Positions 53,598-64,000 of a stretch of DNA of 64,000 bases are shown one piece after another. This DNA comes from Octopus sinensis (Eukaryota). Made by a program: the position numbers and the translations under genes. Below the pieces are notes generated by a model, which did no database searches, was not told where the DNA came from, and was given only the letters and a program-made list of their open reading frames with translations. The stretch's first letter is position 1. The number at the start of each line of letters is the position of its first letter. Location: assembly GCF_006345805.1 (NCBI RefSeq), contig NC_042997.1, positions 6,138,001 to 6,202,000 on the forward strand, in the 5' to 3' direction.

Positions 53598-53860
53598 GGC
53601 TTATGATGTAGTGGTTAAGAGCGCGGGCTACTAACCGCAAAATTTTGAATTCGATTCCATGCAGTGACCTGAACAATAATAGTAATAACAACAACAACAA
53701 CATTAATAATAATAATCATATCATAGAAAAACATCTTTGGAACACGGGTTCGAAATTTCCCCAAGACACCTGAAGAAGGCTGCTGGGTATATCAACCGAA
53801 ACGTTGTGTGAACGACAAACAAGATGAGGACAAATATATGTCGAATGTAAATAATGTAAA
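53598..53860 (+). mobile_element. Composite SINE-like unit: tRNA-like head, (AAT/AAC)n spacer, Penelope-type tail with a hammerhead motif
   Basis: Box A-like tgtagtggttaag (53607), anticodon-arm-like gggctactaacc, box B-like gaattcgattcc (53647); triplet spacer; then gacacCTGAAGAaggctg..caaccGAAAcgttgtgt. Confidence 0.65.
53765..53810 (+). ncRNA. Minimal type I hammerhead ribozyme motif (Penelope-type)
   Basis: Stem I ACAC/GTGT (53766-69/53806-09), core CTGAAGA (53770-76), stem II GGCTG/CAACC with one mismatch, GAAA (53798-801), palindromic stem III AACGTT with predicted cleavage after GTT (53805). Confidence 0.6.
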
Positions 53861-54058
53861 TAATGGCAGAACAAATGTTTCGGATGTTGCAATGTAATAA
53901 ATTCTAGTTTGAATTATTGGCTGTTTTCGATCTAATTGACGATTAAAGTAAATAAGTTACCAAATTATTGGAAAATCAATGACTCAACACAATGCGTGAG
54001 AGTGTGTGTGTATGATTATAAAGATACAATCACATATAACTATATATATGCATGTGTT

Positions 54059-54087
<29 letters not shown>

Positions 54088-54089
<2 letters not shown>

Positions 54090-54262
54090 ACTGGCGGTCA
54101 CAACGATGAGGGTTACAGTTGATCCGATCAACAGAAAAGCCTGCTCGTAGAGTTAAGTGAAAGTGGCTCAGCACTCAACGGAAACGTGTCCCCTTAACAT
54201 GGTTCTCAAGGAGATGCAGTGTGAGGTAATGTGACATGGCTGGCTCTATGAAATACTGATAC
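54088..54262 (+). mobile_element. SINE central-core fragment (cephalopod SINE-like)
   Basis: caacgatgagggttacagttgatccgatcaacagaaaagcctgctcgt..gtggctcagcactc resembles, from recall, a conserved cephalopod SINE core. Confidence 0.55.
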
Positions 54263-54599
54263 TGCAAATTTGTTCAGCTTAGTGGACTGCAACAACATGA
54301 CAAAAGTGCCTTGCTCTTTCGCATATGGTATAACTTGTCATCTGTTAGGTTCTAAGCTCGCAGCTGAGTCTTCTGCTAGGGATCCGTACTAGGCTTCCAA
54401 GTCAACAGGAATATGTGAAATTGAAACTTAAACAAGACCAAGGCTGGGCGATTATCTCAGGTCATTTAGAATATGTAACTAGTGTAAGGTGAATAAAAAA
54501 AAATTATATCTACTTCTCATATTTTTATTCGCCGTGGGTATATAATAGATATCTGTCTATATTTTGTTCCCGACTTTCTTAATAAGGATATCTAAGAAC

Positions 54600-55412
54600 G
54601 ATAGTTGTTAAATATCCTGCATTAAAACAACTGAAAATGATATCTCAATGACTACTTCATCCTCTGGAATGAAAGTGTAGCAAAACTTAATGACTTCACA
54701 ACACTTCTAAATAGAATAAATGAAAACCTATTTACGATAGAATGTAAACAGGAACAAGTACCGTTTTTAGATATCCTTATTAAGAAAGTCGGGAAGAAAA
54801 TAGAGACGGATATCTATTACAAACCTACGAACCCGAAACAGTACCTGACATTTAATTCTTGCCACACCAGAACGGAACGAATATTCCCTTTAGTATAGCC
54901 AAAAGAATATGCCCAATAGTATCATACACAAACATCATTTACACATAACTCCAAGAACTAAACACTACAATCATCAATAGGAATTACCAACAACACTTAA
55001 TCAACAGTGCGATTCAACGAGTCCTTAAATTCACTATACAAGAACTCTGACAACCAAGACCAAAGAAGGGAAATTGAAAACCCTGCATTACATTTCCACA
55101 CAGAACCCACATAGCAATGAGGCCTTCAACACTATACTCCATAGCAAAGCTCTACTCAAAAGGAACCCAAAGATGAATCCAATCCACCAAACACACACTA
55201 TCATCAAAAGAGACAGGCACATTCCACGAAGAAGATTTTAACCTAAGTCAAATTACACTCAACAATAAGCACAAAGACGACAGTAAAAAAGTGCGGGAGG
55301 CCCAACTGTGATATCTGTATCAACATAACCTCTGTATCAACTTAATAGATGGATCAGAATACCGACTGGAAGAAGGTCAACATTTTACCATTATAACTAA
55401 CTTTACATATAA
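54600..55412 (+). mobile_element. Degenerate Penelope-like element fragment (RT C-terminus up to the start of GIY-YIG)
   Basis: YLNDYFILW (RT motif C), QVPFLDILIKK..IETDIYYKPTNPKQYLTFNSCH, NIPFSIAKRIC, then TVKKCGRPNCDICIN, the Cys cluster preceding the GIY-YIG endonuclease. Confidence 0.82.
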
Positions 55413-55898
55413 CTTTTAAGATTGACAGGCAAAAGTCTTCCTCGAGGAAAAGAAGTATAATTTGATGAAGGTAGTGTGTAGTAGAGAGAATATATGTACC
55501 AATCAAATCCTAAAGAAACTCACATTCTCGCTTGGCGAGATATTGTGCATGTTTCACTCTGTTGGAGACGCGAGTATGTGCTTTTGTTTCCCTCCATTAC
55601 TTAGGTAGCTCAGCAATTCGTGAATATAAGTGACAGGTCACCAAATCATACCAGTTTGCAAGAGAATACTACATATATGTGTATTTGTTGTATGTATGCT
55701 TGTGTTGTGTGTGTTTATGCATGAGTGTGTTTATGTACGTATATATATATGTATGTATATGCATACATATATATATATGCATATATATATATTCGTGCAT
55801 AGGCATAACTTTAATTATATTCATATATATGCACGTGTGTATATATATATAAGTATATACACATAGACATACACACACATACATACATACATACATAG

Positions 55899-55953
<55 letters not shown>

Positions 55954-56770
55954 CATAAATAGGCGAACACATTTACATATATACAGATATTCAGATACAC
56001 ATTCTCAAGCACACAAACTCATACACACACATATGTACATGCTTTACAGTTGGTTGATTTATGTGTACTGATTGTTTAGTTTGGATACAGGCACGTGTTT
56101 AATAGCCTCTGTCTAATTGGTTGCTTTCGTATATTTGGCAAAGGCATTAAACAAATTTGTCGAATATTAATGCCTGTTGCCATATGTTAATGCGCCGTAT
56201 AATACTACCATCTTGAATATTATTAGTAAAATGATAAAATATACGGCCATTCATAATGAAGATAAGAGGCTGTAATTGTTTCATTGTGAGTGGCTGATTT
56301 TTATTTAATTCGAAACCGCACGATGGTATTATCTTCTACAGTTTCTATGCAAGAACTTCGTCACTTTTCTTATTTGAACATAAAGACTGTTATCTATTAG
56401 TAGATAATGAGGGAATTGTAGATTTTGGACAGCTGCCTAATTCGTAAGTGAAGTGTTGGCTAGTAATGTAAATGTGTATCGTTAAAGCGCAAACCAAAAT
56501 TACAGCATAAAGTTTCCAGAAATTCTAAAAATCTCTTTAATATGTCGGTGATATAAAAGTTAAAAGACAAAGAACACACATCTTAAATTATGTGACAGTG
56601 TATGTAAGTGTGTTTCTGTCTATGCATGTGTACGGGTGTGAGTAAATATACACTCACAGATACTAACCTGCACACATACATACATAGGTATACCTGATTA
56701 TATATATATATATATGTATATACATATGCAAACATACACACACACATATATATACATACGCACACACACT

Positions 56771-56821
<51 letters not shown>

Positions 56822-57055
56822 GTTAGTATCTGTGAGTGTATATATATATATATGTATATATTTATGAACACACATCTATGTGTGTGTATGCGAGCAATCA
56901 GTGCAGAGCAAAGGAAGGAGGAGAGAAATGAAACAGAACTCGAATAACTAAGACTAGAATAAATCCTTCTGTAGTTAATTTGATGATGGAAATCTTCATA
57001 TCCTCATACTAAAAGTTACATTACTTTTAGTTTTGAAACTTACATCAGGCAATGC

Positions 57056-57153
<98 letters not shown>

Positions 57154-57206
57154 CAGAGAGGACAGAGAGAGAGAAAGAGAGTCATATAGATAGATAGATA
57201 CACATT

Positions 57207-57266
<60 letters not shown>

Positions 57267-60082
57267 ATGTGTATGTATGTATACAAAGTAAGTTTTTTCA
57301 AATTCTTTCAAGGGATATATAACCCTGGCAGTTATCTTGTAACTCTTATGTCGGTTCTAAACCCCGGTTAGCCACAGCGAACGTTAGTGATACTCACGTT
57401 CTTGATAATTAAGTAGATTCTGATATTATCCCCACTTGGTAAAACCGAATGTTCTTTTTTGGGGCTGAATATTTTCCGTGGGGAAAAAAAATGAAATAAA
57501 TAAAGATCAGGTAAAAGGAGAATTACACATCCATTATTTTTTATACATTTATATACAGCATTTCCCCCTTGGACATACACACGTTTCCGCTGCATGCTAT
57601 GCACATCTTTATTTTACCTGTCGTGGCAGCTTCTTCAGGGTCAGTTGTTTGCTACCGTTCGAAGATCAACTGAAGAAAACTATGGCACCCTAACTCGATG
57701 GGCATATAAAAACATGACGCCCGAACGCAAGGTATTTAGCAAGACACCACTTTATGTATGGATGCACCTGATATGACCCAGACTGCAAAATGGATGCAAT
57801 ACATTATGCACGGGGTCACAACCATAAGTGACACTAGTACGATCGGTCGAAATAAAGATTAATTCTAAATCCATCTCAGCTATTCGTATATAAATATCTA
57901 TATATGTGTGTGTGTGGAAATAATGAGAGAAAATGAGAGGGTACTGTGCAGCGATCGCTAAAAGCTCCTTTTACTGCCCCAGTTAATAACCTAGAAGATA
58001 TATGCTGCGCAGGCATACTCATGTTAATGCGCCTCATTCCATTTACTTGATGCTCTGTCTGGCACAGAATGAGAACGTGAATTGTGTCTGTAGTGTATAC
58101 AGAAGCTAATATGCTTCTACTCTGCGTGCATTCAGTTGCCTCTTATTACTCTTCAGTCAACTTGTTGCCTTAAGATTTTCTTTAGGATCACGACATCACC
58201 AATTTTCTTAATTGCCTGAGATACATATATACTATTAGATAAGCTAGAGTTGTAGTTATTTCTATAAACAAGTACATGAATAATAGAGCTATTAAAACAG
58301 CCATGATTCCTAAAGAGATTCTCTTAAGTTTGGACTTAAAAATCAGCGTTTCTCTGATTTCTGCCTTACGCGCGCGCACGCAAACACAATGCACACGCAC
58401 ATACACAGGCGTACAAACTTTAGTTAAATTTTTTCCAAGTCTCTCACAAAGAAGATTTTCGTGGTATCTTTCACATGTACATTGACGCCTCGATGCAACT
58501 GTCAACGTATTTCCAGAGGATATAAATGTGATTCATAAATGTACAAAGTGCTATTTTTTAATGAATTTTATATGTAACAGTACCGGATAGTAACGTTTAA
58601 ATGCCAACAGAACGTGGCAGTCCTATAAAGGACGATATTACTGTTGGCATATAAGTATACACAAACGCGCGCGCACACACACATACGCACAAACACACAC
58701 ACGTACGCACAAACGCGCGCACACTCATATACACATATATATATGATTGCAGGACTTGTGAAAATAAATATACAGATCAGGGGAAACAACTGTTATCTCC
58801 CATATTTTTGCTCTGGCCATGTATAAATGTATATATATGAATATGAACACATGTATATGCACATATACATCTTCGTAGAATATCCATGAAAAAGATATGT
58901 ACATACAGACACGCACACACACGGGTGTGTGCATGTGTGTACGTGTGTGTATGCGCGCGTATGTGTGTTTGTGTATGAGTACGTGTGTAGTTGACACATA
59001 TTGGCTCTCTCTCTCTCTCTCAGACACACACACTTAGACATACGTATTCACACAATCGCACAGGACTCATTTCATTTCTCCAAATACCTCTGACTAGTTT
59101 TTAGCACAATTTTTTTAAGACGCACTTCTAGATTAATTTTAAAAATACAGTTCTGAATATCATGAAAACCATCATTTGTTTACGTTTTTGTTTTTCTTAC
59201 ATACTTTCGATTATGTTCTAAATTACATTATCGTTTAAGTATGTGATTATGCAGCATCAGTTTAATTTAAAATGCAATTCTTTTATATATACATCAACGT
59301 CCGGTTTTCTAAGCATGGTCTTAATTTAATCAGTGTTAATAGAATACAATTTCATTCTTCGAAATTAAATGTTATCAATGATAACAAATAAGTAAATAAA
59401 TAGCTAAACATTGCAGTTAGAATATCAGAATGGCACACAAGTAATTCGAGAATAATTGGATCTCAAATCGAAAATATACCGACAATTCTAAAGTTTAAAT
59501 TTTACACTTATATTAAAAGGTCTACTGAACTACGGGAATAAAAAAGATAAAGACATAACACATCAAACTGGCATTAAAAACACCCAAGCATTTAATTAAA
59601 GAGGAAATTAAAACAACAGAAATATATAATCTATGTATGCATGTAACTGAGTAGGTGAAGTGGAATTTTACAACAGGAAATTTGCTAAAGCATAACGGAA
59701 AACTTTGTAAGGTTATTGAAAACATTACTACTAGGAAACGAGAAAAAATGTAAAAATTTGTTGTTATTCAAGAAGTAAAATGACCGTTTTACGATATAAC
59801 GTTCAGGTGTCGGTACATAATTTTAGATGCAGTTACTAATCAAACAAGGCTGGGGTCGAAATATATGAGTGATCAAAATAATGTTAAATATGCCAGGAGA
59901 ATCATTTTTATTTTTCTGTTTGTGAAGACAATGACAAAACTTTTTCACATCAGCTACAATTTCTCCCATCTGCCCCCAAATCCCCTTCTAATGAATTGGA
60001 TGCCCGGACGCAGTTATGAAACTTTCTATATTTCGGAAAAATCTATATCATTCAGCAACAATAAGAGCAACACTAATAATAT

Positions 60083-60285
60083 ATTCTACTAAAGGCACAA
60101 AGCCTCAAAATCTGGCGGAGGTGGCTAGTCGATTACGTCGATGCCAGTGCTTAATTTATCGAGTGGTACATAATTTATCGACCCCGAAAGGACGAAAGAT
60201 AGAATTTGAGCACAGAACATAGCGACCGAATAAATACCAGTAAGCATTTAACCCGGCGTGCTATGATTCTGGCAGCTCATTGCCA
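60083..60285 (-). mobile_element. SINE family 2 copy
   Basis: ttctactaaaggcacaaagcc..tttatcgaccccgaaagga..taagcatttaacccggcgtgcta. Confidence 0.75.
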
Positions 60286-60353
60286 TAAAAACAGCATCAA
60301 CAACAACACCAACAACAAAAACACCAAAATCAACAATAATGACAATAATAATA

Positions 60354-60536
60354 ACCCTTTCGTTGGGGAGGGGCCAGTCGATTTTATCGACTCCATTACG
60401 CAACTGGTATTTAATTTATGGACCCCGAAATGTTGAAAAGCAAAGTCGACCTCGGCGAAATTTGAACTCAGAACGTAAAGACGAACGGAATACCGCTAAG
60501 CATTTCACCCGGCGTTGTAACGATTCTACCAGCTCC
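60354..60536 (-). mobile_element. SINE family 2 copy
   Basis: ggggagggccagtcgat..gcaaagtcgacctcggcgaaatttgaactcagaacgtaaagacg..ccgctaagcatttc. Confidence 0.85.
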
Positions 60537-60595
60537 ATGCTTTGACAGCAGCAACGATAACAACAACAATAAAAAAAAACGACATTTATTGAGGA

Positions 60596-61372
60596 CTCTG
60601 ACAAATGCAAAAAAAGAAATCATACTACAGAACAACTATGAAGAAAAAAAAAGAAACAAGAAAAGCCGTAAAACAACTGAAATCCAAACTAAAACTGGAA
60701 CAGCAACGGATGATGATAAAACGACGGTAAGAAAAGCCGCTTCATGACAAATACTGGGTTAAACTAAACAGAAGAGAAATAGACAAAGCAAAATCCCAAC
60801 AATGGCTGAGAAGCTCAAGACTCAAAGCAGAGACCAACGCCACCCAACCAGAAATTACTAAAAAACATACAATGAAAAGAAACATAACAAGTAACTGCAG
60901 ACAAGAAACAATAAACCACATTGTCTCTGGCTGCCCAGTTCGGTCTGTGAAGAAATATATTCACAGACTCAACAGATTTGGGACCTATATACACTGGAAG
61001 CTGTGCCAACACTATGGAATAATAAAGAAAAAGATGGTATAGGCACACGCCGGAAATCGTCACAAAGAATGAAAAATCAACATACTATGGGATATACCAA
61101 TACACACAAATAGAGAAATCAAGGCCAATAGGCCGGATATAGGCGTCAGAGATCTTCAGGAGAAAATGTTTTCTAATCAATGTATCAATACCAATAGATG
61201 ACAACGTTTCTCTGAAAGAAATGTAGAGACTTTCAAAATACAAAGACCTTGAAATAGAAGTAACTCGAATGTGGAGTATAAACACAGAAACAATTCCTAT
61301 CATAGTGGGCGCATTAGATATTATAACATATAATATATAGACAAAAACATAAGAAAAACACAAGGACTAACA
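60596..61372 (+). mobile_element. R4/Dong-type fragment (knuckle + RLE), same family as 12009-12466
   Basis: SQQWLRSSRLKAET, ETINHIVSGCP, IHWKLCQHYG, LWDIPIHTNREIKANRPDI, SKYKDLEIEVTRMW, IPIIVGALD; near-collinear with 12009-12300. Confidence 0.88.
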
Positions 61373-63061
61373 TATCTTAGTATCTTAGTATCTTAGCGTT
61401 TCAAAAGAGGGAATGAACTTGCTACGTAATTGATGTCGACTGTGAATTTAATGCACGAATAAAAGAAACAGATCTCTACAAGGTAGATATGTACCAAGGT
61501 CTGAAGGGAGAGGGAGAGAGAGAGAAACAATCATATTATGGGGTTGCAAAATTGTCCGGTCGTGCTTATTGCCATCGGAGATTTTGGATCCCTGGTAAGG
61601 GGATCAAGGTCTGCACAGAAATGATTCTCTTCCGGAAGCACATAGAATACATGAAATTAATCTGCCTGATAAGAATGGTGAAGAATATTCGAATGTTGTT
61701 GAATAGTTAAAGATACACTTTATCAACACTTTACGTCTTGATAGGGAATCATTTAAACGATCAAATGTTAACGAGATCATCATTGTGCAAAGGAAGGATT
61801 AATAATGTAATGATGATGACGTCAACGTCGACGATGATGAAAACGACTACGAAGATTATGAAGCTTATAATGATGACGACAGCGCCAACAATGACAATGA
61901 TAATGTTGAGGATGGTGATGAAGCTGCTGGCAACGCCGAACTTCTCTGCGTCATAAATTCACAAGCTTGACGTGCTGAAAGGGTTTTCCGTCGACATTAG
62001 TTGCTGACGAGACAGTATTTGTTTCCGATATAGTTTGTTTCAAAATTTAATAAAAGAATATTCATTCATTTGATCCGAGGCTTAATTTATATATGATAAT
62101 TTTGAATTACGTTGCTAAGACAGCAAGAACAGAGTTTGCTGTGTATATGCAAAGCTGACTTTATCCCGTATCTCCGATAAATAATGTATTGAGTCTAGAA
62201 TATATCGAATAAATACACACCTGTAAGTCTATGTCTTCTAATTGGATCCTTAAGACTGAATGTGTTATAAAATTTAAGTAATACATAACATCAGGAGACA
62301 TTGAACTTTATGATTCTACATAAGTAGAAGCAGCTGTTACATCCATATTATATATACCAAACAAATATTTCTATGGTGTTCGTATGTGAAGTATTACCCG
62401 TTAAATTAGATAGCGCGCCCACACACACATAAACACACGCGCGCGCGGATTTCTACAATGTTATATATTACTTTTATACATAATTTCCGTTTTTCATTTC
62501 TGATTAATTTTCATTTGTTCAAATTATCGTTTCGCTTTTGACTGATTTAGCTGTGTTAATTATCATGGGGATTCTAATGAAAATTAAAATGTCACAGCAG
62601 TAATTAAAGTTAGATTAAAATTACCGTCTATAAAATCGCTCGCTTGTGATTCACTGACTAGATGCAAGCTAATAATATAATTCAGAGAGAGAAGATCCTA
62701 TCTCATTCTGGTGCAACATTGGAACTCAACATTTGTTATTCAACACATAAGAGATATTTAGAGTATGTTGGAATATTATCTGTAATTAATATGCAATATA
62801 GAAGAGAAACACCAGTAGCATATGCAAGGTCATGTTATAAAGTATTAAAATTACAAAATATGTGTTTCTATATTTCAGGACATACACACTCACACAACAG
62901 GCATACAATATAATTTTATCTACACACTTACAGACATAATAAACATGCTCACCTATACATGTATATCGCACACAAACCCACACGCACACACATACTCACA
63001 CGCTCATAAATGTTTATATAAATGTTTATATAAATGCCGTTAGTAATGTACTAACTCGCAC

Positions 63062-63107
<46 letters not shown>

Positions 63108-63117
63108 TATATATAAC

Positions 63118-63542
63118 TATAATTACGGGTATCTAAGAGATACCACCACGCTGGAAATAGCAGTCAAATCTTGACTCTAAAAACCACATTAAATGGTCAT
63201 ACAGCACCAGGAGAGAAGACAAAAAGACAAAATATACTAGCAAAATAAATAACTGGATAATTCCAGATCCCGGATTTCTGAATCTACATAAGAAATACTT
63301 TGCCTCATGAGTAGAATTTACACTGTATATTCCACTGATGAGGCAAAGTATTTCTTATGCAGGGTCAGAAATCCGGGATCTGTAATTATCCAGTAATTTG
63401 TTTTTGCTAGTTTTATTTTGCTAGTTTATTTTGTCCTTTTGTCTTCCCTCCTCGTGCTGTATGAACATTTAATGTGGTTTTAGAGTCAGGTTTTGACTGC
63501 TATTTCCAGCGTGGTGCTATCTCTTAGATATCCGAAATTATA
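63118..63542. mobile_element. ~425-bp almost fully palindromic element (MITE/foldback-like)
   Basis: Arms 63118-63317 and 63329-63542 are inverted copies (tatctaagagata../..tatctcttagata; ggatttctga..taagaaatactttgcctca / tgaggcaaagtatttctta..tcagaaatcc); TA at both outer ends. Confidence 0.82.
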
Positions 63543-63646
63543 ATTTTACTAATAATTATTACCTTTGAAGGTTTTTATTCCCATGCTGGCCAATTGATAA
63601 GATCGATATTTAAATTAAGGATCTTATCCTTATATATAAATATATA

Positions 63647-63697
<51 letters not shown>

Positions 63698-64000
63698 TAG
63701 ACACCTGTATTATAATGTATTTGTTATATATTTATCCTAATAATATCTTATTTTATGTTTATGAACACTGAAACCGTTTTGAGTTTTGACACTCGCTATT
63801 CAATGTTTTTTTTTCCCTCATGAGCTAATGGGAAGGAAGCTACCTTCCTAACGCGGAATAAATTGTGGATTCCCCCGAGGAGAAACGAAACTTTATCGGT
63901 TAAATTTCGAAATCATATGAGAGGATCTTATCAAATTACTTCATTCAGCGAATTTAATCTTGCTGGAGAAAGATATTGTGTTTTGCTGCACGCAGTCCCT

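Noticed and set aside
63335-63375. CTGATGAG..GAAA in the right arm of the palindromic element
   Set aside because: The intervening sequence cannot form stem II, and the mirrored arm lacks the core.

Overview
AT-rich eukaryotic genomic DNA saturated with (TA)n, (TG)n, (TATG)n, (AAT)n and (GAA)n microsatellites and with decayed transposable elements. The SINE families look like those I recall from Octopus (coleoid cephalopod) genomes; this assignment is inference, not a database result. I recognise no intact host gene, and most ORFs in the track are translations of microsatellites. Supported content: a 5'-truncated, frameshifted CR1-like LINE; several R4/Dong-type RLE non-LTR retrotransposon fragments, some stacked in AAT tracts; a Penelope-like RT fragment; Chapaev-type and mariner-type DNA transposon relics; many copies of two tRNA-derived SINE families; and a young 1778-bp foldback-type DNA element with 8-bp TSDs inserted inside a SINE. 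The most unusual items are a tRNA-headed SINE-like unit carrying a minimal type I hammerhead ribozyme motif (53598-53860), several large fold-back palindromes, and a ~1 kb coding-like relic bracketed by a perfect 28-bp direct repeat.
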